From contig CAWBAT010000006.1 in the NCBI GenBank assembly GCA_963786955.1, positions 864,001-928,000 on the forward strand: a DNA stretch of 64,000 nt, in the 5' to 3' direction. Both the position numbers and the translations under genes were made by a program. Below are positions 43,830-53,942 of this stretch, piece after piece. This DNA is from an uncultured Acidimicrobiia bacterium. GTDB taxonomy: Bacteria; Acidobacteriota; Terriglobia; Versatilivoradales; Versatilivoraceae. The first letter of the stretch is position 1. The number at the start of each line of letters is the position of its first letter. The notes below the pieces were generated by a model. That model saw only the letters and a program-made list of their open reading frames with translations. It was not told the DNA's origin and ran no database searches.

Positions 43830-46800
43830 TTGGCACTGAAGAAATCTGCTTACTTCTCATTTTTGGCTGTTGTCGTCATCGCGCTGCTCTTCGGGGCAGC
43901 CCCATCTTGGTTTCTATCCCAAGGATCTCAGGCAAAGCCTGAAGCGAACCTCTCCGACCAGGAAAAACTGCTGTACCACACAAACGTAGGAATTGCTTAC
44001 CTGGAACAGTTCAGTTTCCGTGACGCCATTGCGGAATTTGACCGTTGTCTCAAGATCAATCCTCAATTTGTCCCGGCCCTAGTGAATTCTGCTCTAGCGC
44101 ATTTTTACCTGCAGGAATTCGGTCCCGCAGAGGAATTCCTCAAGAAGGCTTTAGCGCTTGAACCCAGCCAGTCCAATGCATTATTCGCCCTGGGGATGAT
44201 TTATCGGAATCAAAACCAGATGGATTTGGCTATTCAATCCTTCTCGAAGATTCTCCAAAAGGATCCCCAAGATGGTCCGACACTATACCAGGCCGGACAG
44301 ATTTATCTGAAAAAACAAGATTATGTCAAAGCAGCCGAAATTTTGAAAAGAGTGATTGAGATCTCTCCTTACGACACATCGGCACACTACAATTTGGCAA
44401 CAGCCCTGATCCGGAAAGGAGACCAGGCTGAAGGCCAGAAAGTCATGGAAACGTTTACGCGCCTTCGCGAAAAGGGTGGCATCAGTAGCACGGGGACGCA
44501 ATATGGCGAGCAAGGCCGGTACATGTTGGGGATCGGGGAATACCCTGACATCAAGAACCTGGCGGGACTGTCGCCACCGGCACCGCCCAAACCGATCCAA
44601 TTTATTGACGTCACGAAAGCCGCTGGAATTACTTTTCAACATGGCGCCCAGGGTGCTGATGCCAGCTCACACAAAGCGATTGTTTCAATGTTTGGCTCAG
44701 GTGCAGCCTTTTGTGACTATGACGGAGACGGCTTCCTCGACGTCTATTTCGCCAACAGTTCAGCCGACGGATCGAAATCACGCGGCGTGCTGTATCACAA
44801 TAACGGGAAGGACGGATTTGAAGACGTTACCCAGAAGGCCGGAATCAAAGCGAATGGCCAGGGCATGGGTGCCTATTGGGGAGACCTGAATAATGATGGA
44901 CACCCGGATTTATTTTTGACCAATGATGGTCCGAATCTCCTTTATCAGAATAATGGCAATGGGACGTTTACCGATGTCACAGCCAAAACCGGCGTCGAGG
45001 GTGGAGAACATTGGCATCTTTCAGCCGCGATCGCGGACTTCGATCATGACGGAGACCTCGATATCTATGTCGGAAATTATGTTGACCTGGCGCGCGTCTC
45101 TTCCGAAAGCAAACTCTCTGACCTGATGGACAGGCTTTCCAACTTGCCCGGTAACGGCTGCCACCTCTTCCGGAACAATTCAGATGGGACTTTTACCGAT
45201 GTGGCCGAAGAAGCAAAGATCCAGGATCCGTCGGCAAAGATTCCTTCAGTCGCCTTTACTGATTTCGACAACCGTCGCGACATCGATTTCTGGATGGTCA
45301 ACCAGGGGTCTGCCATCCGCCTCTTTAGCAACCAGCGAGTCGGGACATTCCTGGATATCCACCCGGGGTTGGAAAACATCGATGTTAAGGACGTCTTCAG
45401 CGTTTCCGTCGGCGACTACAACAAGGATGGGTGGATGGATGTGGTGATGGGGATGCAGTCCGGCCCAGTCGATCTCGTCCGAAATCTTGGAAATGGAACT
45501 TTCAAACGAGATGCGGTGCTTAACTCGTCATCTCCCGCCGCAAAATCCAGCAGAAGCTGGACGACGCAATTCTTTGATTACGACAACGATGGGGATCTCG
45601 ACCTGCTCGTTTTAAAGGGTGGTTTAACCGATGAACTCTCGAAGAACCAGGGGCCAGAACTTTGGGAAAACTCGGGAGATGGCCAATTCAAGAATGTGAC
45701 AGAAAAGGTTGGACTCAGTCCAGTTTCAAGGTAAACCCTACCGCAGCGCCACTCTCGGCGACTTTGATAATGATGGAGATACCGATTTGTTGCTTACCGT
45801 GAACGGGGGCTCCCCCGTCCTGCTCAGAAATGAGGGGGGCAATCAAAACAATTGGTTAAAGGTCCGGGTTCGGGGAACCAACAGCAACAAGAGCGGAATT
45901 GGGACGAAAGTGGAGGTGAAGTCAGGAGATCTGTGGCAGAAGATCGAAATCAACGGCGGAAACGGCTACCTCTCTCAGAGTCCAACTGAATTCATATTCG
46001 GCCTTGGGCAACACACGGCCGTCGACGCCATGCGGCTGCTTTGGCCTGGCGGCGTCTTACAATCTGAAATCAATATCCCCATCAACCAGACAAAATTGGT
46101 GAATGAACTGGATCGCAAAGGAACGTCGTGTCCATTGCTGTATACATGGAACGGACAGAAGTACCAATTCGTGACAGATTTTCTGGGTGGCTGCGCGATC
46201 GGTTATCTTGAGCCGACGGGACAGTACAGCATCCCAGATACTGACGAATACATCAAAATCAAATCGGAACAATTGAAATCGAAAGACGGCCTTTACTCAC
46301 TGAAGATGAACAACCAGTTGGAGGAAGTGCTTTACATCGATCAGGCCGAACTGGTCGTCCTGGATCACCCGTCCGGACTCGATCTCTATCCCAATGAGCG
46401 CCTCATGCCGGAGCCCCCATTCCCGGCTTTCCAGGTCATTGCAGCCCAGAATGCCCACCCGCCCAAGGCTGCCTGGGATCACCATCATCACGATGCCCTG
46501 CGCCAGCTCTCATCAGTAGACAGGCAAACGGTCGACGATTTCAAACTTCTGCCTTACAAAGGCTATGCCGAAGAACACGAGCTCGTGCTCGACCTGGGGG
46601 AGGTGTCCCGGAACGAGCAGGTTCAATTACTGATGACGGCTTGGATTGACTATGCCGACTCCACTGCAAATTTCAAGGCATCTCAATCGGGTGCCACTCT
46701 GGTCGCCCCTTACCTTCAAGTAAAGAATGTGAAGGGAAAATGGCAAACCGTTCTTCCTGCAATGGGTTTTCCGGCGGGGTTACCGAAAACGATGGTTGTG

Positions 46801-47412
46801 GACCTGACAGGCAAGTTCCTTTCTGACAATTACCAGGTGAGAATCGTCACCAGCATGCGAATTTATTGGGATCAGATTCTAGTGAATACCTACCAGGGAA
46901 CCCCGGATTACCGACTCAACCGCCTTCCTGTCCAATCGGCAGAACTACAGTTTACAGGGTTTCCTCGGGAGTTTAGCCCGGATGGAAAGCGCCCCTTCAT
47001 CTATGATTACGACTGGATCGAGCCGGTGGCTCCTTGGAAGAGTCATACGGGAAACTACACGCGCTACGGTGACGTCGCACCTCTCTTGAAGTCAAAAGAA
47101 GATCAGTACGTCATCATGCGGAACGGAGATGAGATTCAACTGAGCTTTTCAGCCTCGCGGCTTCCAGAGCTCCCCTCTGGCTGGACACGGTCTTTCTTCC
47201 TCTATGCCGATGGCTTCGGAAAAGACATGGACATCCACTCGGCAACACCGGAGACGGTCACACCTTTGCCGTTCCACCACATGAGCCGCTATCCGTACCC
47301 GGAAGACGAGAAACACCCCGATAGCCCCGCTTATCGCCGGTACCAGCAGGAATACAATACCCGCCACATCCCGGAGGTTTACAGCCAGATCAATCAGAAG
47401 TCGAATGACTGA
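43830..47412 (+). CDS. TPR + FG-GAP repeat + ASPIC-UnbV protein with C-terminal extension; one frameshift ~45720
   Basis: N-terminal TPRs, DxDxDG repeats, NKSGIGTKVEV, GYLSQ, KGTSCPLLYTWNG, MGFPAGLPK, GFGKDMD. Confidence 0.87.
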
Positions 47413-47483
47413 AGAAATCTGAGTGAGCTGAGCGTAATAGACTCGCGGAGGATCGAGCTTCAGCGAAATCTATTGAAAGGAAG

Positions 47484-48266
47484 GGTGGAACGCGAGCTCC
47501 CGCGCGCGTTCAAGCGTGCGCCGGGGGACGGTGGTCCCACGCGCCCGCTCCACCACAAATGTCCCCCTTGTATTTAAGGGGGGACTTCAGGGGGTGGTGT
47601 CTTGGAACTCCGCCCTCCTGGCATATTGCATTTTTAGAGGCCTGAGGTTCTGCGAGACCGCATCGACAGGCTGTAGCATTCTTTCACCCAAAGAGGGAAT
47701 ATGACTCGATTCCCCTCCCCTGGAGGGAAGGTGCGAAAAGATTGTCGAACTGATTGTAGGGAACGCTCGCCCCAGCATTCCCAGTTGCCGAGGAGCACTG
47801 AATTCAAATGGTTTGCTACTCTACAAGGAACGGAACAGCGTCCGTTCCCTACGAAGCGCTCAATTCTTTCACACCTCCAGCGGCTAGGGGTGGGTCGTCG
47901 TATGGATATCGGCTGTACGTTGAGTTTGTGCAGCAGCACGGGAGAACGGCACCAAATGAATAGTCGGCTCCCTTCTCCCCAGCGCGGGAGAGGGGTTTAG
48001 GGGTGAGGGGCAGCGTCAAAGAAGACTCATTTGTCATTGTTGATTGTTCATTTCTCATTTTCGATTGAGAAGCTTAAATGCAAAATGACAAATGGTAAAT
48101 GACCATTGGCAAAAGGGATTGCTGAGAAGAGGACATGCCCCGCAGCGTTGCTGCTGCCCCATTCCAAGCGGGCCTTTCCCATTTCCCACTCGCGAGAGAG
48201 CAACACAATATGACTTATCAGCTCCCCTCGCCCCAGCGCGGGAGAGGGGTTTAGAGGTGAGGGGCA
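47484..48266. repeat. Cluster of several palindromic repeat families
   Basis: Family A REP 47484-47554; CCCCCTT..AAGGGGG; GTAGG REP 47756-47852; direct repeats GCTCCC..CCCAGCGCGGGAGAGGGGTTTAG.GGTGAGGGGCA at 47967-48012 and 48221-48266; 7-8-mer TCATT/AATGA repeats. Confidence 0.75.
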
Positions 48267-48404
48267 CCTCCACAATCTTGCAAACTTTGCATGCATGAAT
48301 GGATTAATATGGGGTAAGTTTGCTCTTGAGCGTCGTGCTCCGAAAGATCATAAAAGTGTTTCGAAATCGCTGGGATCACGGCAGTTTTTTCACTCATAAG
48401 GCCA

Positions 48405-48867
48405 ATGCCAATCCAAAAAATTGTTTCTGGTGGGCAAACCGGTGTCGATCGCGCAGCCTTAGACGTTGCCTTCGAGTTCGGGATTCCTGTGCGGGGGTTG
48501 GTGTCCAAGGAGCCGTATCGCGGAGGATGGCAGGATTGCGCAACAATATCCACTTAAGGAAACGACGACCTCGGACCCGAGTGTGCGAACAGAATTGAAT
48601 GTCATCGATTCAGACGGGACACTGGTCCTCACCTGGGGGAAACCTTCCGGGGGAACGCTCTTGACGATCCTCTGCGCACGGCACCATCGAAAACCATTCT
48701 TGGAAGTAAACCTGGAGAGACAGCCCGATATTGAGTTTCTCCGCAAATGGATCCATTCGCAAGAAATCCGGGTTCTCAATATCGCCGGGCCACGCGAAAG
48801 TCATGATCCTGGCAGTATCTATGCACAAGCCAAGAAATTTCTCACCAGCCTGCTTCAAGCAGAATAG
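48405..48867 (+). CDS. Putative molybdenum carrier / YpsA-like SLOG protein; one frameshift ~48489
   Basis: From ATG 48405: [22 protein letters not shown], then shifted [14 protein letters not shown]...[13 protein letters not shown]...GGTLLT...[10 protein letters not shown]. Confidence 0.82.
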
Positions 48868-48974
48868 GCCCGCTCGAAGTGAGACATTGGATGTTTTCTA
48901 ATTGATTTTTGAGTTGTATTTTAGGAATCAAACTCCGCCAGGAATGAAAGCGCACACTATGAAACAGGCCCGAA

Positions 48975-49265
48975 TTAGGCTTTCTTGAAGAAAGACTTCC
49001 TGCGTTCGTTGGGGATTATCACCTGGCGTTTCTTGCGACGGTCATAGACCAGGCCGCTCTCTAAGATGACGTGAATGATTCGCACATAATCCTCATCCAG
49101 TATTCGCGCGATATCCCTCATCGGCATGCGATGGGCTGCAAACAGATTCAAGATAGTTGCTTTCCTTTTGCTGACAGGATCCATCATGGAAGTATCATGA
49201 GTAGGAACATAAACCTTTTGTGTCAGCAAAAAGCCATCTCTCGATTGTTCTTCATTATTTTCCAT
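48975..49265 (-). CDS. Small HTH-like protein with C-terminal DRR...ERR motif (paralog of 53231-53542)
   Basis: 28/77 identical positions, ungapped, to the 53231-53542 protein by manual alignment. Confidence 0.8.
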   Translation of the reverse strand: MENNEEQSRDGFLLTQKVYVPTHDTSMMDPVSKRKATILNLFAAHRMPMRDIARILDEDYVRIIHVILESGLVYDRRKKRQVIIPNERRKSFFKKA

Positions 49266-49526
49266 GGACACATCCACTTTGTTTCGAATTGAAATCCCGG
49301 TAGTTCATGACCTGTGACTTTCAGCCATGAAAATATAGTTTCATGTTAGCTAATCCGAATTTAACTGACAAGCGGTAACATAAATTTCGAAAAAAAAATT
49401 CCTGTCGGCGGCAGGTATCAGGCTCTTGGAGGAGAGCCCCAAGTTCGTCTGAAGGGCGGAGTCCCTCCAGACAGAACCACTGGGGTGAACCATTGACACA
49501 GAGCACGGGAGGAGGAGGAATATCGC

Positions 49527-49555
49527 TTGACAGTGCTGGGAGATGCCTCTACTAT
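49527..49555 (+). promoter_or_regulatory. Sigma70 promoter of the tRNA pair
   Basis: TTGACA-N17-TACTAT just upstream of tRNA-Lys. Confidence 0.8.
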
Positions 49556-49569
49556 TTTGAGGTTTTTCC

Positions 49570-49645
49570 GGGCCGTTAGCTCAGACGGTAGAGCATCTCC
49601 CTTTTAAGGAGAGGGTCGCTGGTTCGAGTCCAGCACGGCTCACCA
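49570..49645 (+). tRNA. tRNA-Lys(TTT)
   Basis: GGGCCGT acceptor, TAGCTCAG D-arm, TCTCC-CTTTTAA-GGAGA anticodon arm, GGTTCGAGTCC T-arm, ACCA end. Confidence 0.96.
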
Positions 49646-49720
49646 GTTTAGCAACGCGTATTCCCGCCTCGCCCTACTGGATACACTCCGCGCTGCGTAC
49701 GACAGTTGCCTTCACCTTCC

Positions 49721-49798
49721 GTCCCGTTCGTCTAGCCCGGCCTAGGACACCGCCCTTTCACGGCGGTAACAGGGGTTCGAATCCCATACGGGACGCCA
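49721..49798 (+). tRNA. tRNA-Glu(TTC)
   Basis: GTCCCGT/ACGGGAC acceptor, CCGCC-CTTTCAC-GGCGG anticodon arm, GGTTCGAATCCC, GCCA end. Confidence 0.95.
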
Positions 49799-49998
49799 AA
49801 AATATAAATAAGTTAAATTCCAAAAACGGTTCATCGATAAATTCTTGGCTAAACATTGCATGCGGCAGACGAGATAAGTTTATGCTTAACTCGTGCATAA
49901 CAAGTGAAGCGAAAGCTGGTGCAAGTGTGCCCGCAAGGGATCGCAGAGGGGTGGTCATTGTAATTCGATGTGGGGTAGCGTTCAGTAAAGAGAGATCG

Positions 49999-50268
49999 AT
50001 GATTCTTAGCGCGCTATCAATTCTGACGTTCTTCTTGTGGTCCTTGGTGGCCTTCGCTCAGACTTTGAGCCTTACGTTCGATGACGGCCTCAATCCAGCA
50101 AGTGAGCCTGATACATTGCCAGCCGGCGAAAGCATCGTGTGGGCAAAAGCTAAAGAGCGAGGCATCCAGAATCTGCGATATCCCGGTGAGGATTCAGTCT
50201 ATGAAGAGCCAAAGCCCGTTCGCTGGGTCTTCTGCCATAGCGGATGGTCCAACGACTCCAGTTCATGA
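49999..50268 (+). pseudogene. Internally deleted polysaccharide deacetylase remnant
   Basis: Signal peptide and LSLTFDDG (NodB motif 1) joined directly to a C-terminus-like segment LPAGESIVWAKAKE...LRYPGEDSVYEEPK; the rest of the catalytic core is absent. Confidence 0.55.
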
Positions 50269-50392
50269 GCGTTGACCGCCACTCACCACCCTGTATGGGT
50301 ATGGCGAATGCACCATCCGGCGACGCTTCTTTATCTCAATCAAGTTGTCGTCAGCATTCCATCGAATCTAGCGAACGATTGTTGTTTTCTTC

Positions 50393-50421
50393 TTGACAGT
50401 ATGTTCTCATTATGAGAACAT
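50393..50421 (+). promoter_or_regulatory. higBA promoter with palindromic operator
   Basis: TTGACA 50393-50398 followed by the perfect IR ATGTTCTCAT-T-ATGAGAACAT (50401-50421). Confidence 0.75.
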
Positions 50422-50428
50422 CTCGCTT

Positions 50429-50713
50429 GTGCGAGTGATCAGTAAGAAGAAGATCGTCGAATTTATCAAAAGGTTCCCGAACTCTCGAATGAGCCTGGCA
50501 AGTTGGTATGCAGTGGTTAGAAGGGCTGCCTGGAAATCATGGGTTGACGTAAAGAGCGTTTATCCCAGTGCCGATCAGGTAAACCGAAGGACGGTCTTTA
50601 ATATTTCAGGGAATAGTTACAGGTTGATCGCGCGAATCAACTATCGAACGCAGATTGTCTTCGTGCTCCACATTCTTACGCACAAAGAATATGACGAAGA
50701 AGGATGGAAATAA
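50429..50713 (+). CDS. higB: Type II toxin HigB (RelE fold)
   Basis: MRVISKK...WY...AAW...YPSADQV...TVFNISGNSYRLI...ILTHKEYD; GTG start. Confidence 0.9.
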   Translation: MRVISKKKIVEFIKRFPNSRMSLASWYAVVRRAAWKSWVDVKSVYPSADQVNRRTVFNISGNSYRLIARINYRTQIVFVLHILTHKEYDEEGWK

Positions 50714-51123
50714 TGATCCCTGTTGCTAAAATGGATGAAAAAAAATACCTACGCCTGCTGGCTCAGTCTGGTCCACGTGTGCCTGAAACAGAAAGAGAAT
50801 ACAAGGGCCTGCTCACTCAAATTGAGAATCTGATGGAACGGGATGAAGAGGATTTGTCTATCGAGGAAACCCGTTTGCTCACCTTGCTGTCAGTACTGGT
50901 CGAACAGTATGAAGAGAAAAACTCCCCGATCCCAGACGGGAAACCACTGGACGTTCTACGCCATCTCATGGAAGCACGGGGGCTCACCCATAAAGATGTA
51001 TGGACTTTGTTTGGATCACGAGGAACCGCTTCAGACGTTATTAACGGGAAGAGGTCCATTAGTAAGACCAATGCAAAGCGCCTAGCTGAATTCTTTCACG
51101 TCTCTGCCGATTTATTCATCTAA
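50713..51123 (+). CDS. higA: Antitoxin HigA (Xre HTH)
   Basis: LLSVLVEQYE...VLRHLMEARGLTHKD...GSRGTASDVINGKRSISK...LAEFFHV; start overlaps toxin stop (TAATG). Confidence 0.9.
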   Translation: MIPVAKMDEKKYLRLLAQSGPRVPETEREYKGLLTQIENLMERDEEDLSIEETRLLTLLSVLVEQYEEKNSPIPDGKPLDVLRHLMEARGLTHKDVWTLFGSRGTASDVINGKRSISKTNAKRLAEFFHVSADLFI

Positions 51124-51200
51124 GTAGTTCTAGTCTGCCTTGCTCAACAGGCCAGCGCTCTGATCATTCCCGCCAATTATGTCTTGAACAGAATCCTATC

Positions 51201-51344
51201 CGTGGCGAATTGCTAATTCGTGGTACAACCCCAGGCGATCCCAGGATTTGTTATGATAAAAAGATGCGCGATCTGGTTATCCTTTTCATCCATCTCATCG
51301 AGACGCTCGCAACCTTCAGAGAGCGGAGGGAACAGGCTAAATAA
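51201..51344 (+). pseudogene. Possible IS end plus truncated integrase/transposase N-terminus
   Basis: ATG 51264 reads MRDLVILFIHLIETLAT then diverges and stops; resembles from memory the start of integrase-core transposases; preceded by GTGGCGAATT. Confidence 0.35.
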
Positions 51345-51603
51345 TCAATGGTTTTCAAGCCGATCAAATTTTTGCGAGGGATAATTACGACCTGGCCGTC
51401 ACCGTCCTGGCAGACCTGCGGAACTTGGCTGCTCAAACAGGGCAAAACAGTGGATTCAGATCCAAGCATTTCTGAGACGCGAGCACTTAATGCTTACGGC
51501 AAAGCAGGACCAAATCGGTTACCTCGCCGCGCGGACTGGTGGTAGGATTAGTTCTGAAGAAAAGGTCAACAAGAAAGACTTAAGGGTATAGCGAAGCGAA
51601 GGA

Positions 51604-52989
51604 GTGAAGATGTCAATCTTACGCCGGGAATTCTTGCAACAAGTGGTCGTTGGGGCAGCCTCTGTCGTGGGAGGCGTCCAGACGTCGGAGGCAGCAGCAC
51701 CCACAAATCCCGCCATTCGAGAGTTTGTGAAACAAGATTCCCCATCGAATCCTCCGGTAAAAACCGGTGGTGGTGGGCCTGACCCGATTTTCGAGAAGCC
51801 TACGCCGATCACGATGGCGGAACTGGCAAAGATGAAGATTAAGGGAGTGCGGGCGGTGGAGGTCAACGATTATGTATTTGGCAACTATCAAGGGCCTCTG
51901 ACGCCTGCCCCGCCCCATGCGGACCAGAATCCGAAGAAGGCGATCATCGTTGTGTGGGAAGGCAAGCCCAACAAGTTCGTTTTTTGGCATGAGGCCAGTT
52001 ACAGCCCCTATTTCGAGCTGCCCTCGGGTGCCGGACCGAACTTCCAGTTCTTCGAGTCCAATTTCGGCGGCGAGCTGTTCAACCAGTACGGCCGAATGGA
52101 ACAGCATAGCTTTGTAGATATCATCGAGAGTGGTCCCGAAAGAGTCTGGATCCGTTGGACGTATCTTGACGTGGATGAGAAGGCCAACCCGCCTGTTCTG
52201 CGAGGCACGGATGATTTCGTGAGTTACGCCAACGGGATCGTGTGGCGGCGGCAGACCTACCAAACGTTCTATCCCAACCGGGATGACGCGCAATGCGCCA
52301 GCCCGCTGGATTTCTTCACGGCCATTCCGGCGGGGGTGCATTACTCCGAGCTCATGCCGAAGGATGAGCAACACGGGGATTATCTGGTGGGGGCATTCCT
52401 GGATGTCTATTCGAACAAACAATACAACGTGTATTGGGACAAGTCGGATAAGCCTGGATGGGACGGGCCATTCTATGCGCGACGGACGGGCGCGGAATGG
52501 TTCTTGGATATCGAGCGCTCAAAGGGTAAGGCCGCGGTGCAGACGTTTCGGGACGGACTGGCATACTGCACGTTTGGGGATGCAAGCGGCTATTTGGCAG
52601 ACCGTACCGAGCTCTGGGACAATTCGCATCCGGACACCTCGCCGTGCAACTGGGGCAACGCCAAAATGATTCACTGGCCGGTTGGTTGGGTCAACAGCGG
52701 AGGCGTCATCGGGAACGATCAGGACATTATGACGAAGCCCTATCATATCGACACACTGAGCATGTGTTTTGTGACGAAGCCACTCCCGATGAATGCCGAG
52801 GCTCGCAAGTGGGAGAACATTAAAAAGGAATGGCGCAACAAGGAACAGGAACGCTGGGTGGGAGGGCGGGTGTTCTATTGCCTGCACGGTGTAGAACAGA
52901 ACTTCCAGACTGTTCGGCAGGTATCGCGGCGGTGGCTGGACAAAGGTGCGGACTGTGCCCGGCCTGAAAGCGTCAAAGACTTGATTTAG
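51604..52989 (+). CDS. Tat-exported hypothetical protein
   Basis: LRREFL Tat motif plus AEA-like cleavage site; 461-aa open frame; RBS AAGGAG; aromatic and beta-rich. Confidence 0.8.
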   Translation: MKMSILRREFLQQVVVGAASVVGGVQTSEAAAPTNPAIREFVKQDSPSNPPVKTGGGGPDPIFEKPTPITMAELAKMKIKGVRAVEVNDYVFGNYQGPLTPAPPHADQNPKKAIIVVWEGKPNKFVFWHEASYSPYFELPSGAGPNFQFFESNFGGELFNQYGRMEQHSFVDIIESGPERVWIRWTYLDVDEKANPPVLRGTDDFVSYANGIVWRRQTYQTFYPNRDDAQCASPLDFFTAIPAGVHYSELMPKDEQHGDYLVGAFLDVYSNKQYNVYWDKSDKPGWDGPFYARRTGAEWFLDIERSKGKAAVQTFRDGLAYCTFGDASGYLADRTELWDNSHPDTSPCNWGNAKMIHWPVGWVNSGGVIGNDQDIMTKPYHIDTLSMCFVTKPLPMNAEARKWENIKKEWRNKEQERWVGGRVFYCLHGVEQNFQTVRQVSRRWLDKGADCARPESVKDLI

Positions 52990-53230
52990 CTAAAGCTTCT
53001 CGACAATCTTTCGCCAGCCTAATTGTGCTCAATGTGATAGGGCTCGATGCCCTGAGATTGCTTCAAACGCGCACTGCAGTTGAAATCCAAGAAGATTATT
53101 CCTGATGCACCGTATGACAAGATTGCCGGCTTGATCATTGCCAAGCAGAAGTGAGAACTCGCAGCCAATTCGATACTTCGTGATGGAAAGAGGACTCCCG
53201 AGATTCGGTATCGCTGTTCAGTCTTGTTTT

Positions 53231-53542
53231 CTAAGGAGTTCGACGAGTCAGGTTCGGACTGACCACAGTGGTCCTATGTTCAATTCCTTCCAGCGGTCTC
53301 GTCTGTTGCACTCTGCGGTCTCCGATGATCCCCTTCTTGAGTAACGCAAGAACAACATTTCTACTGTTTTCATCGAGCACCCGAGCAACGTCCGAGATCC
53401 CGTAATGATGGTTAACGAATAGGTTGCAGATCGTTACAGCCCTCTTGGTCTGGGGATCGAGCTTCAAGGGATCTTCCGGCAAAGGGAATTCATCTTTCCG
53501 GACCTGAAAACCATCTCGTTCCTGAAATATCCACTGGCTCAT
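53231..53542 (-). CDS. Small HTH-like protein with C-terminal DRR...EHR motif (paralog of 48975-49265)
   Basis: Strong RBS GGAGAGGAGG; shares RDGF, DPxxKRxxTIxNLF, DVARVLDE, GxxxDRR with its paralog. Confidence 0.82.
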   Translation of the reverse strand: MSQWIFQERDGFQVRKDEFPLPEDPLKLDPQTKRAVTICNLFVNHHYGISDVARVLDENSRNVVLALLKKGIIGDRRVQQTRPLEGIEHRTTVVSPNLTRRTP

Positions 53543-53651
53543 CGGAAGTCCCTCCTCTCCCGTGAAGTAATGCGTTAGTTACGGGGGGAAATCTGTAAGG
53601 GCAAGGCCTTCGGTGACGATTTGAGATTGTCGCTTCTGTAGTGGCTGAGTG

Positions 53652-53705
53652 GGTAGGGACGGACCGCCGGGCCGTCCGCGGCGCGCTCGGCGAGCGCGCC
53701 CTACC
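53652..53705. repeat. GTAGG-type REP element
   Basis: GGTAGGGACGGACCGCCGGGCCGTCC...GCGCGCTCGGCGAGCGCGCCCTACC. Confidence 0.75.
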
Positions 53706-53942
53706 AGAAATTCCCCCGACAACTAACGCATAACCCCGTGAAGAAGATTGCAATTGACTATTATTGTAGGCTCGTTTAGTGCACAGTCAATGAGTAGATT
53801 GGCAAGGACACGGAAAGAACCTCTACTACGTTTATTTGATGGCGATCTTGATTTCATCCGAAAGATAGAGAATGAGAGCATGGCACGATCCAATTCCTAG
53901 TTGGAGCCAGTTTGACTTAGACCTGAATAAGGGTGCTGAGCC

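Noticed and set aside
41120-45740. Programmed frameshifting or phase variation in the cytochrome and FG-GAP genes
   Set aside because: No slippery heptamer or long homopolymer at the junctions; single extra bases fit sequencing error
47967-48266. Direct repeats as a CRISPR array or attachment sites
   Set aside because: Only two copies, ~208-bp spacer, no cas or integrase; resembles a dispersed palindromic repeat
48405-48867. SLOG protein as part of a nucleotide-signalling defence system
   Set aside because: Stand-alone MoCo-carrier type with no effector, TIR or nucleotide-synthase neighbour
53881-53897. TGGCACG resembling a sigma54 -24 box
   Set aside because: No GC at the required -12 spacing
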